DNA from: Candidatus Uhrbacteria bacterium RIFCSPHIGHO2_02_FULL_46_47
Lineage (GTDB): Bacteria; Patescibacteriota; Patescibacteriia; GWA2-47-26
Reading direction: 5' to 3'
NCBI GenBank assembly: GCA_001790815.1
Contig: MGDU01000023.1
Coordinates: 1 to 56,921, forward strand
Length of the DNA: 56,921 nucleotides
Made by a program: the position numbers and the translations under genes. Below are positions 26,160-34,678 of this stretch, piece after piece (the first letter of the stretch is position 1; every line of letters starts with the position of its first letter). The notes beneath the pieces are model-generated. The model was not told where the DNA came from and made no database searches. It worked only from the letters and a program-made list of their open reading frames with translations.

Positions 26160-26852
26160 CTATGGCAACGAGCTCTGCCAGTTCCCTTCCGTGGTGGACT
26201 CAACGCCCAGGAACCAGGTGACCTTGGAGAACCCGCGCTTGTACTCGATGAGGTCGAGTTGGCGCTGGTTGCCATCGCCGAAGAGACCGGACACATACTG
26301 CTCGCCATTCACGCAGACTACGCTGTCCAGATTGACCACCTGCTGGAGATCTATCTGGGCCTGCGGGTGTTGAGCACCGATCATGAGCTCGTGATCGATG
26401 CTGACCTCTCTGAGTCCCATGAGCCACCGCACCTGCATGGCCTGCAGACGTGTTGCTTCATGCCCGATGCAGAAGGCCACGACCGTGTCCGTAAGCACGC
26501 GATACCAGTTGTTGGACTCCCAGTCATCCCTCTTCTCAACATGCATGCGTCGAGAACCGCAGGCATTCGTCGTGTGTGCTGGGTCGACGAAGTCGTACTT
26601 ACCAGCCGCGACCATCTGCTCAATCGTCGTGATCGGCCAGATCCCGACCTTGAACTCACGGTGCTGGATCTTCTCCAGGTCGATCGTCGATGCCCAGGGC
26701 CAGCTGTGTGAGGGCGACTCAGTCTTCCACGGGTCCTCATGTCGAAGAAACCTCTTCAGAGTAATAAGCCAGTCCTCTCCCTTCTCTCCTGACAGTTTGT
26801 CGTTCAGATCACGGAGCGGTCCACGCCTATCGCAGAGCGCTACTTTGGCCAT
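26160..26852 (-). CDS. GC-rich hypothetical protein of a CPR-expanded family
   Basis: LSGEKGEDWLITLKRFLRHEDPW...QMVAAGKYD...GAQHP...FLGV. AGGAGGAGG RBS 5 nt before ATG 26852. Confidence 0.8.
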   Translation of the reverse strand: MAKVALCDRRGPLRDLNDKLSGEKGEDWLITLKRFLRHEDPWKTESPSHSWPWASTIDLEKIQHREFKVGIWPITTIEQMVAAGKYDFVDPAHTTNACGSRRMHVEKRDDWESNNWYRVLTDTVVAFCIGHEATRLQAMQVRWLMGLREVSIDHELMIGAQHPQAQIDLQQVVNLDSVVCVNGEQYVSGLFGDGNQRQLDLIEYKRGFSKVTWFLGVESTTEGNWQSSLP

Positions 26853-26929
26853 GTTGGCCTCCTCCTGTGGCAACCTTAGAGCCAGCACTATGCCGAGTCC
26901 ACTGGTCTGCCAGTTTAGGAACTGTGTTA

Positions 26930-26972
26930 ATGCTATCATATTTTTGCCAAAATGTCAAGAGTGCGCTAGAAT
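26930..26972. promoter_or_regulatory. Overlapping divergent promoters
   Basis: Minus: TTGACA (26958-26953)-N17-TAGCAT. Plus: TTGCCA (26944-26949)-N17-TAGAAT for folD. Confidence 0.6.
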
Positions 26973-26984
26973 AGCGGCATTCCT

Positions 26985-27887
26985 ATGCAAATCATAGACG
27001 GCCGTAAACTTGCCGCACGAATTCGCGCAGAAGTAAAAGAGGAGATTGCGCGCCTCGGATCGACTCCGGGGTTAGCTGTTATTTTGGTTGGCAAAGATCC
27101 GGCTTCGCATCTTTATGTTGCGCTTAAAGAAAAAGCATGCACTGAAGCTGGCATCAAATTTGAAAAATATGTGTTTTCCGGGACAGAACCAGAATCCGAA
27201 ATCATTGAAACAATCCGAAAGCTTAATGGCCGCGATGATATTCACGGGATTTTAGTTCAAGTTCCTCTGCCTGCAATCTACCATGAAGACGTTATTCTAA
27301 GCACGCTTGATCCCAGCAAAGACGTGGACGGATTTCATCAAGTCAATTTACGAGCTATTCTTGAGGGGAAACCGCGAATTATCCCCTGTGTTGCTCTTGC
27401 TATCGTAGCGCTGGTAGATGAGGCTATAAAACAAAAAGGGGACGTTTCCCTTTTTGCCCACAAAAAAGGAGACGCCCCCTTTTTGGCCGTCCTAATTGCC
27501 AATCGCATGGAGTTTGCCGCGCCGCTTGAATACCTGCTGGAGAAGCGCGGTGCACTTGTTCAAATTATCTTGCGCGCTAAAGAAGTAACCACGGATATTT
27601 CCGCACAAATTAAATCCGCTGATATTTTGATTGTTGCGCGCGGCCATGCCAATTTTGTGAGCGGCGATATGATTAAAGATGGCGCGATTGTAATTGATGT
27701 AGGAACAAACACACTACCTGACGGCAAAGTTGTCGGCGATGTGGATCAGGGCTTAGCCCTGTCCAAAAAAGGGCTAAGCCCTATGGGCGATAAACCCGGC
27801 TATATTACTCCAGTCCCCGGCGGCGTAGGCCCCATGACTGTAGCTATGCTTTTAAAAAATACTTTAGAATTAGCAAAAAATGCGTAA
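26985..27887 (+). CDS. folD: Bifunctional methylenetetrahydrofolate dehydrogenase/cyclohydrolase FolD with two repeat inserts
   Basis: MQIIDGR, GILVQVPLP, KDVDG, VIDVG, TPVPGGVGPMTVAML. Inserts KGDVSLFAHKKGDAPF (27433-27484) and QGLALSKKGLSP (27747-27782). Confidence 0.95.
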   Translation: MQIIDGRKLAARIRAEVKEEIARLGSTPGLAVILVGKDPASHLYVALKEKACTEAGIKFEKYVFSGTEPESEIIETIRKLNGRDDIHGILVQVPLPAIYHEDVILSTLDPSKDVDGFHQVNLRAILEGKPRIIPCVALAIVALVDEAIKQKGDVSLFAHKKGDAPFLAVLIANRMEFAAPLEYLLEKRGALVQIILRAKEVTTDISAQIKSADILIVARGHANFVSGDMIKDGAIVIDVGTNTLPDGKVVGDVDQGLALSKKGLSPMGDKPGYITPVPGGVGPMTVAMLLKNTLELAKNA

Positions 27888-27895
27888 CACCACCG

Positions 27896-27939
27896 GCAAC
27901 TTCCTGCAATTTCATATTGCCATGGCAGTATGAAATTGC
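27896..27939. promoter_or_regulatory. Palindrome P, downstream copy
   Basis: GCAACTTC, then GCAATTTCATA-T-TGCCATGGCA-G-TATGAAATTGC (27906-27939). Confidence 0.8.
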
Positions 27940-28496
27940 TATAGATCAAAATAATGCCGCATAACGCGCTCATACTGGCCTAGCGATTGGGCAAGAAGAA
28001 GCGACACATGGCCGTCAATTTCGTAGAATTTGCAAATGCGCTCTAGTTCTTTATCGCATGGATACGGACACACAAACACGCTTTTTTGAATCGGCCGGAA
28101 TCCGAGCGCTTTAAGATGCTGACGAAGAAATTCGCGTGATACTTTTTTGACTGTCGGCACATCAAATGCCGCTATGCGCCACACACCATCCCATCGTGCC
28201 GGTTTTTCTAATTGCATGTTCCAAAGCTCATCTCGTTCAAGCGCCGCCTTGCCCTTTGGCGCGAGCTTTGCAATAATTCTGCCTTCATGATCTTCCTTGA
28301 GTTCAATGAGTTTAAGCCGATGAAGACTTTTGAGCCGTGTGCGCACATACCAAATTTTATACTTTGCAAAACGCGCAAGCATTTTCGGAGCGCCCGGCCC
28401 GACAAATCCGGCAAGTGTAATAACTATTGCGCTCTCCGCAAGTGTTTCAAGAATTAATTTAGTAAGCTCTCTTTTATATCGCTTGCGCCTTATCAT
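27939..28496 (-). CDS. PaaX-like winged-helix regulator with Cas2-like ferredoxin-fold C-terminus (CPR family)
   Basis: WDGVWRIAAFDVP...REFLRQHLKALGFRPIQKSVFVCPYPC. Confidence 0.8.
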   Translation of the reverse strand: MIRRKRYKRELTKLILETLAESAIVITLAGFVGPGAPKMLARFAKYKIWYVRTRLKSLHRLKLIELKEDHEGRIIAKLAPKGKAALERDELWNMQLEKPARWDGVWRIAAFDVPTVKKVSREFLRQHLKALGFRPIQKSVFVCPYPCDKELERICKFYEIDGHVSLLLAQSLGQYERVMRHYFDL

Positions 28497-28527
28497 ATAA
28501 TGTCTTCAAACTACAGATACTCATACC

Positions 28528-28551
28528 GCAACTTCGCATTGCCATGGCAAT
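28528..28551. promoter_or_regulatory. Palindrome P, upstream copy
   Basis: GCAACTTC-GC-ATTGCCATGGCAAT (perfect 14-bp palindrome at 28538-28551). Confidence 0.75.
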
Positions 28552-28567
28552 TTGAATTTGGTAAACA

Positions 28568-28873
28568 CTATTGTGTGAATTCGCTTATCCAGTTCTCTAC
28601 TCCTTTAGATACACGCGTCACGGTCCATTGCTCAATAATTGGCAGCTTATAGCTGTGGAGTTTGTGAATTTGTCGTGCCGCGCGATCGGCAAGTGGGTTT
28701 TTTGTTTTACACATAACCATCCACTCCCCTGCCCGCTCAATTTTATTTCCCCATAAGTACATTGAGCGCACTGGCCACATATTTACGCAAACAATTAACT
28801 TCTCATGCAAAAGCATGCGCGTAATTTTTTCTGCTTCTTTGCGTGATCCGCATGTCGTGGTTATCAATATCAT
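28568..28873 (-). CDS. cutA: CutA divalent-cation tolerance protein
   Basis: LLHEKLIVCVN...SMYLW...HSYKLPII...W. Confidence 0.88.
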   Translation of the reverse strand: MILITTTCGSRKEAEKITRMLLHEKLIVCVNMWPVRSMYLWGNKIERAGEWMVMCKTKNPLADRAARQIHKLHSYKLPIIEQWTVTRVSKGVENWISEFTQ

Positions 28874-29991
28874 AAGATATTAAGTAATTTTTGAATAACT
28901 CCAATGGCGAGCAAAACCATGATAATCGCGCCCAGCGCGGTTTTTAATTTCTTGCGCGGCGCGTGGCGTCTATACGCGTATGCGAGCGACACCAAAACAA
29001 TCATCAGCGCGTCAAATCCACCGAAAACACTGCCGACTATATCCAGCACACGCACAAAATTCTGCGCCCCTCCAAAATACAAAATCAAAGGAACCCACAC
29101 TGCGAATAGCCACGCCGGAAAAAGTTTTAAGCGAAAATCATACTGGAAAAGTTCTTTCAAATACATAGCAATTACCAGATATGAAGTAATCACCGCAAGA
29201 AATCCAAAAAGCGCACCCAACCAAATAATAAACGGCGGCAAAGCGCCGCGCAATCCCACAAATGCTTCTTGGCTTGTTGCAGACCCGGAAATTCCCACAA
29301 CCACAAGCATAAACAGCAAGGTTATCAGCACAGAAATAAGAGTGCCGGCAATTATCGCGGCGCGAAGTGCGCGTTTTTTTCCGTGAACTATGTCCCACAT
29401 CTCCGGAATAGCCGGCGATCCGCCCAGCGCAAACAATATAACTCCGTATGGCAAAAAAATCTTCGCAATATCGCCGCCGATAAAATTAGACGGGTCAACA
29501 TTTGGTACGCCGGCAAAAAAAATAACGCCAATAACCGCGATAAGCACCCAAGTAAGATAGAATTCTATTTTTCCAAAAATTCTCAAGCCGAAAAACGTGA
29601 CAATCGCTACAAACGCGAAAAGCCATAGAGAATAGCCCATTACGCTTCCTCCGTCATATCCATTTAACAAAATCCTTAGAAATGTTCCGCCCACAATCAG
29701 GTAAGCAAGCTGGGCACCCCAAAAAGCGATAGTTTGTGAAATTGTTACAATGCTCTTGGCCGGCCTGCCTAGATAACGCTGCGCATACCCTGCCAGCCGA
29801 TGCTTTCCCGTAGTTCCGGCAACAAGCTCTCCAAAAAGCAAATTAATGAAAAGCGAAACTAATCCTAAAAGCACAATCCAGAATAATCCGACCAAAAATC
29901 CGGCCTGCGCTGAAACATAAGGCACGGCAAATATTCCCACCCCCACAATCATGCCAATCATGGCCGCAGTGGCTTGAAAAAATGCTTTCAT
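28870..29991 (-). CDS. Aromatic amino acid permease family transporter
   Basis: IVGVGIFAVPY, LPYGVILFALGG, ITSY; about 10-11 TM segments. Confidence 0.85.
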   Translation of the reverse strand: MKAFFQATAAMIGMIVGVGIFAVPYVSAQAGFLVGLFWIVLLGLVSLFINLLFGELVAGTTGKHRLAGYAQRYLGRPAKSIVTISQTIAFWGAQLAYLIVGGTFLRILLNGYDGGSVMGYSLWLFAFVAIVTFFGLRIFGKIEFYLTWVLIAVIGVIFFAGVPNVDPSNFIGGDIAKIFLPYGVILFALGGSPAIPEMWDIVHGKKRALRAAIIAGTLISVLITLLFMLVVVGISGSATSQEAFVGLRGALPPFIIWLGALFGFLAVITSYLVIAMYLKELFQYDFRLKLFPAWLFAVWVPLILYFGGAQNFVRVLDIVGSVFGGFDALMIVLVSLAYAYRRHAPRKKLKTALGAIIMVLLAIGVIQKLLNIL

Positions 29992-30059
29992 AATAGATGT
30001 GCACAATTATACCACAGATCATCCCCTTGACTCCATAATCTGCGGGATATAAGGTAGGG

Positions 30060-30154
30060 ATGATGCCAATATACGAATTTCATGCCAATCTACAAATACA
30101 AATGAATTCATTCGCAATTCGTAGATTAGCATAAGATTTGTAGATTTGCATCAC
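30060..30154. repeat. ~97-bp hairpin repeat, copy 2 (family H)
   Basis: ATGATGCCAATATACGAATTTCATGCCAATCTACAAAT...ATTCGTAGATTAGCATAAGATTTGTAGATTTGCATCAC, 4 nt before the dnaB ATG. Confidence 0.92.
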
Positions 30155-30158
30155 CTCT

Positions 30159-31529
30159 ATGCCGTCGCGTACGAATATTGAACGCATTCCTCCGCAAAAC
30201 CTTGAAGCCGAACAATCGCTTTTGGGTTCGCTTTTGATTGACCGCGACGCCATGATTAAAATCGCGGATTCAATAACGCCGGAAGATTTTTACAAAGACA
30301 GCCACCGCATGATTTTTGAGGCCATGACGGATTTGTTTCGCGAGCGCGAGCCAATTGATCTGCTTTCACTTGGCAACCGCCTTGAAGAAAAAAAACAGCT
30401 TGAAACTGTTGGCGGACGCAGTTACCTGATTGAACTTTCCAACGCGGTGCCCACCGCGGCAAATGTTCCGCACTACGCCGGCATTGTGCAAAAAAAAGCC
30501 ACTCTGCGCCGGCTTCAACGCGCCGCCGCGGAAATTACAAATCTGTCATTTGAAGAGGCCGAGGAGATTGACCATATTCTTGACAAATCCGAGCAAAAAC
30601 TTTTTGGCGTATCACAAAAATATTTGAAGCAAACTTTTGTGCCGATTCGCGATGTTTTGACCGAGGCCTTTGACCGCATTGATGAGTTGCACCGTGAAAA
30701 AGGAAAATTGCGCGGATTGCCAACCGGATTTTTTGAGCTTGATAATATTTTAGCCGGACTGCAAAAATCCGATCTGGTGATTTTGGCCGCTCGTCCATCA
30801 ATTGGAAAAACTTCGCTTGCCTTGGACATCGCTCGCAATGTCGCCACCCGACAAAAAGAACCCGTTGGTGTATTTAGTTTGGAAATGTCCAAGGAGCAAT
30901 TGGTTGATCGTTTAATCTGCGCTGAGGCCGGGGTTGATCTTTGGCGCATGCGCACCGGCCGTTTGTCGGACAAACCGGAACAAGATGATTTCCCCCGCAT
31001 TGGCCATGCTATCGGCATGCTTTCTGAAGCGCCGCTTTATATTGATGATTCGGCATCTTCTTCGATTATGGAAATTCGCACTAAAGCGCGACGATTGCAG
31101 ATGGAAAAGGGATTGAGTCTTTTAGTAATTGACTATTTACAACTTATGGAATCGCACACCAGAATTGAAAATCGCGTGCAAGAAGTTTCCGAAATAACCC
31201 GCGCGTTAAAATCTATCGCGCGCGAACTGAATATTCCGGTGCTTGCGCTTTCACAACTTTCCCGGGCAGTTGAAGCCCGCTCGCCAGCCATTCCAAAACT
31301 CGCGGATTTGCGCGAAAGCGGATCAATTGAACAAGACGCGGATGTGGTACTTTTTATCTATCGCAAAGCCATGGACAAGAGTCAGCAAAATCTTACTCCG
31401 GAAGAGCGCAATATTGCCGAAATACATATTTCCAAGCACCGCAACGGCCCAACCGGCCAAGTGCAATTATTTTTTGATGAACAAAAAGTAAGTTTCCGCA
31501 ATCTGGATAAAACGGCTACACCGTTTTAA
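30159..31529 (+). CDS. dnaB: Replicative DNA helicase
   Basis: PPQNLEAEQSLLG, AARPSIGKT, VIDYLQLM, DLRESGSIEQDAD, KHRNGPTG. No intein. Confidence 0.99.
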   Translation: MPSRTNIERIPPQNLEAEQSLLGSLLIDRDAMIKIADSITPEDFYKDSHRMIFEAMTDLFREREPIDLLSLGNRLEEKKQLETVGGRSYLIELSNAVPTAANVPHYAGIVQKKATLRRLQRAAAEITNLSFEEAEEIDHILDKSEQKLFGVSQKYLKQTFVPIRDVLTEAFDRIDELHREKGKLRGLPTGFFELDNILAGLQKSDLVILAARPSIGKTSLALDIARNVATRQKEPVGVFSLEMSKEQLVDRLICAEAGVDLWRMRTGRLSDKPEQDDFPRIGHAIGMLSEAPLYIDDSASSSIMEIRTKARRLQMEKGLSLLVIDYLQLMESHTRIENRVQEVSEITRALKSIARELNIPVLALSQLSRAVEARSPAIPKLADLRESGSIEQDADVVLFIYRKAMDKSQQNLTPEERNIAEIHISKHRNGPTGQVQLFFDEQKVSFRNLDKTATPF

Positions 31530-31532
31530 GGA

Positions 31533-31571
31533 GCAAGACCAGCAAGATAAGCGAGACCAGCAAGACCAGTA
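31533..31571 (+). repeat. Nonamer array (GCAAGACCA)n, left flank
   Basis: GCAAGACCA-GCAAGATAA-GCGAGACCA-GCAAGACCA-GTA. Confidence 0.8.
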
Positions 31572-31573
31572 CT

Positions 31574-31945
31574 ATGGCAAACATCAAAAGTTTTAAAGAA
31601 TTGGGAGTTTGGCAAAAAGCGCATGACCTCGTCTTGTTCATTTATAAAATATCACAATCATTCCCCGAAGTAGAACGCTTTGGAATTACTTCACAACTAA
31701 GAAGAGCGGCAGTTTCAATTGCGGCAAATATTGTGGAAGGATTTCACAGATATACCGTACACGATAGTTTGCATTTCTATACTATTGCTCAGGGTTCTTT
31801 AGAAGAAACTCGATATCATTGCCTTCTAGCTCATGATTTAGGTTATATAGATAACAACAATTACCAACAATTAGAAGATTTAATCACTGAGGTAAGTAAA
31901 ATGTTGACCGCATGGATACATTCACAGCGTGTATCAGCGCAATAG
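31574..31945 (+). CDS. Four helix bundle protein (23S rRNA IVS protein-like family)
   Basis: SFKELGVWQKAH...FPEVERFGITSQLRRAAVSIAANIVEG...GSLEE. AT-richer than neighbours. Confidence 0.93.
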   Translation: MANIKSFKELGVWQKAHDLVLFIYKISQSFPEVERFGITSQLRRAAVSIAANIVEGFHRYTVHDSLHFYTIAQGSLEETRYHCLLAHDLGYIDNNNYQQLEDLITEVSKMLTAWIHSQRVSAQ

Positions 31946-31982
31946 CTGGTCTTGCTGGTTTTACTGGTCTCGCTGGTCTTGC
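31945..31982 (-). repeat. Inverted nonamer array, right flank
   Basis: Reverse complement reads GCAAGACCA-GCGAGACCA-GTAAAACCA-GCAAGACCA-GC. Confidence 0.8.
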
Positions 31983-31989
31983 TAAACCT

Positions 31990-32634
31990 ATGAATTTCCC
32001 GCCGCCGATTACTCGTCTCACGCAGCATTTCCGAGGACTTCCGGGCGTTGGCCCGCGCACAGCCGCGCGTTTTGTATTTGCGCTTTTAAACAAGCCGGAT
32101 GATGAGTTGCGCGCTTTTGGCCATGCCTTAATTGATCTTAAAGATAGCATTCGCACATGCACACGTTGTTTTAATATATCGCTTCAAAATCCTTGCGCGA
32201 TTTGCGCAGATCCCAAACGCGACGCGAGCACACTTTGCATTGTCGCCCGGCCGCAAGATATTCAAGCCATTGAAGAAACACGCGAATACAGCGGCTTGTA
32301 TCACGTACTTGGCGGCGCGCTCAACATTATTGAAGGCGTGACACCGGAACAGTTGAGGATTAAAGAACTGCTAAGCCGGCTAGACAACCCCTCACCCGAC
32401 CTGCGGTCTCCCTCTCCCCCAGGGAGAGGGCAGGGTGAAGGTATTAAAGAAATCATCCTTGCCCTAAACCCCGACCTTGAAGGCGAGGCAACTTCACTCT
32501 ATTTGGCAAAATTACTCAAAGCGCGTGTGCCGCGCATTACTCGCCTTGGCCGCGGACTTCAGCAAGGCGCAGATTTGGAATACGCCGACGAAGTTACTCT
32601 TATCAACGCCCTTAAAGGGAGACGGGAAATTTAA
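31990..32634 (+). CDS. recR: Recombination mediator RecR with family A insert
   Basis: LPGVGPRTAAR, CTRCFN...CAIC zinc finger, YHVLGG, NPDLEGEAT, ADEVTL. Confidence 0.97.
   Translation: MNFPPPITRLTQHFRGLPGVGPRTAARFVFALLNKPDDELRAFGHALIDLKDSIRTCTRCFNISLQNPCAICADPKRDASTLCIVARPQDIQAIEETREYSGLYHVLGGALNIIEGVTPEQLRIKELLSRLDNPSPDLRSPSPPGRGQGEGIKEIILALNPDLEGEATSLYLAKLLKARVPRITRLGRGLQQGADLEYADEVTLINALKGRREI
32388..32441. repeat. Family A element in frame in recR
   Basis: Encodes PSPDLRSPSPPGRGQGEG. Confidence 0.9.
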
Positions 32635-32642
32635 TCCGCAGT

Positions 32643-32682
32643 CAAAAAAATGAGCGGTTCGACCGAACTTCGATCGAACCGC
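32643..32682 (-). terminator. Intrinsic terminator
   Basis: GCGGTTCGA/TCGAACCGC stem; minus-strand TCATTTTTTT tail. Confidence 0.65.
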
Positions 32683-32796
32683 GCCTCCTTTGTACTATAA
32701 TCTACTTTTGGCCGTGCCCGAGCTCCATCGCTTTGCTATGTCAGGCGGTAGCGCGCGCACTTTATCCGCAAATCCCTACGTGGCAAACAATTTTAG

Positions 32797-33768
32797 CTAC
32801 ACCAGACGCCGTGCCTTAATTTCTGTAGCCGCGACAATGCCATGAGGCGTGACAATACTATTACCATGCTCTTGCTTCTCCAGCAAGCCAAGCCTGCGAA
32901 ACTTGATCAAGGCATCGACCACGGCCTGTATGCTTATTGGCTTATAGAATCCCTCTTCGCGATTCAGCAGCTGAAAGATCTCAGAAATCGGCGGTATGGA
33001 CCGATCAACCCGACTCTGTGCCATCTGCGCCAAAATCACCAAAAGCAGGTCCAGCCGCTTACCAAGGCCATGCGGCTCCCATGACCGATTGCGCTTTTGC
33101 ACTTTTGGCACACCGGCGCACACTGGTGCTGGTAGCGACTCACGCGAAACCGGCGTAGGCGCATCTACTTCAAAATGCGACGGTACTGGCGCGGAACTCA
33201 AGCCAGACCCCTGCACGAGAAGCGCGGTGCGACTCACCATTTCCGTGATTTCGCTGTACGCAAGAACACCGCGCCTGCAAAGCGCAAGAATTTTTTCGCG
33301 CATGGAAATCCGGCTTTCAAGCCGCTCAATTTCGGCGCCAATTCCGCGCGTGATTGCAGTCCCCATGGGAATCGCGTGATTTTCCGTCACGCCGAGGCGT
33401 TCAAACAACTCCCGCTCATCGAATGAAAGCACAACGGGTAAAGGCGCTGGAGTGAGTACAGGCGGCGCAGGAATCCGCGCCGCTTGAGTTGTTGTGGGTG
33501 TTGGCGGAAAACATCGCGCAATGTCCTGCTCAATCTCACTACGCGGGCGCGCTTTGTCGCTTTCCACAAGCGTGTCGTAGTATTCGTCCTGCACCGCGAT
33601 TTCATAGCCGCCCTCGTAAAGTTCTTCGCACACAAGACTGATGAAACCAGCACGGCTTTGCGGCGGGGAACATTTCACGACGATGCTTCGGCAGGTGACC
33701 TTAAAGTCGCCTGCCATGCTCGCAACCAGCCGAGCAATGTCAACGACATTTGTTGGTTTTTCTGCCAT
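32797..33768 (-). CDS. Hypothetical protein, possible C-terminal winged helix
   Basis: 323-aa ORF with GGAGGT RBS. C-terminus VVDALIKFRRLGLLEK...VTPHG resembles a wHTH wing. Confidence 0.7.
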   Translation of the reverse strand: MAEKPTNVVDIARLVASMAGDFKVTCRSIVVKCSPPQSRAGFISLVCEELYEGGYEIAVQDEYYDTLVESDKARPRSEIEQDIARCFPPTPTTTQAARIPAPPVLTPAPLPVVLSFDERELFERLGVTENHAIPMGTAITRGIGAEIERLESRISMREKILALCRRGVLAYSEITEMVSRTALLVQGSGLSSAPVPSHFEVDAPTPVSRESLPAPVCAGVPKVQKRNRSWEPHGLGKRLDLLLVILAQMAQSRVDRSIPPISEIFQLLNREEGFYKPISIQAVVDALIKFRRLGLLEKQEHGNSIVTPHGIVAATEIKARRLV

Positions 33769-33811
33769 GGTTTACCTCCATACTTATCCTATCAAAACCG
33801 GTGAAAAACAC

Positions 33812-33836
33812 AAGACCTCCGATTTTCGGAGGTCTT
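33812..33836 (-). terminator. rplU terminator hairpin
   Basis: AAGACCTCCG-ATTTT-CGGAGGTCTT. Confidence 0.75.
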
Positions 33837-33841
33837 TATTA

Positions 33842-34162
33842 TTAGGCAACGATTTTCTCAATCTTCACCTTTGTATATTCCTGCCGGTGTCCGCGCTTTC
33901 TCTTGTAGCGCACTTTGCGCTTATACTTGATGACCATTACTTTTGGCGCGCGGCCTTGCTCCAAAATCGTGGCTTCCACCTTTGAGCCGGAAACATTTGG
34001 TGTGCCAACTTTCACTTCCCCGCCCTCATCGCCAACCAAAAAAACGCGATCAAACGCAAGCTTATCTCCAACATTGCCAGCTAGCTTTTCCACTTTAAGA
34101 GTAGTTCCATTTTTTACAATATATTGTTTTCCTCCGGTGTGGATTACTGCGATTGTAGACAT
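33842..34162 (-). CDS. rplU: 50S ribosomal protein L21
   Basis: AVIHTGGKQY...KYKRKVRYKRKRGHRQ. Confidence 0.98.
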   Translation of the reverse strand: MSTIAVIHTGGKQYIVKNGTTLKVEKLAGNVGDKLAFDRVFLVGDEGGEVKVGTPNVSGSKVEATILEQGRAPKVMVIKYKRKVRYKRKRGHRQEYTKVKIEKIVA

Positions 34163-34195
34163 AGTTGGCTATACTATCAAAGTATTAAAAAAATG

Positions 34196-34642
34196 TCAAA
34201 TCCGCGCATTATCCCCTATTTTGATATTGTATTTTTCCGTAAAATCCGCGTTGACTTCCAGTACCGCGTCAGCCGGTTCTTTTGGCGAAACCGCAATAGG
34301 AGTTTCCCCCTCAAGTGGATATGGCACATTTTCACTAATATCAACAATCTTTTCTTCCCGAATCCAAATAATATCAAGCGGAAAATGCATGCGATTCATC
34401 CAAAAAGTGTGGCGTGCGGTGCTCACCATTGGAAAATACATCCCCTGATTTTCAGGAAGAGTGGCGCGATCCGAAAGCCCTTGTTGTTGTTTTTCCGCCG
34501 TGTCAGCGATTTCCACGCGCACCTGCGCGCTTCCCACACGCATAACCACTCCTTCCGGCTTCCCCCTCATCTGCTGAACTCTCAAATACACAAACGCCAA
34601 AGCCATGAGTATAAGAAAAGCCGGAACAAGTTTTTTCTTCAT
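34196..34642 (-). CDS. DUF192 family protein
   Basis: VEIADT...GLSDR...GMYF...FWMNRMHFPLDIIWI...VLEVNA. Confidence 0.9.
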   Translation of the reverse strand: MKKKLVPAFLILMALAFVYLRVQQMRGKPEGVVMRVGSAQVRVEIADTAEKQQQGLSDRATLPENQGMYFPMVSTARHTFWMNRMHFPLDIIWIREEKIVDISENVPYPLEGETPIAVSPKEPADAVLEVNADFTEKYNIKIGDNARI

Positions 34643-34678
34643 ATCATATTCTTGTGCTATGTGATACGTGCTAAGTGA

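Noticed and set aside
27939-28496. CRISPR-associated Cas2
   Set aside because: It has an N-terminal wHTH and PaaX-like WDG.WR motif; no cas1 or array nearby.
30159-31529. Intein or intron in dnaB or other core genes
   Set aside because: Lengths and motif spacing are normal; no splicing motifs seen.
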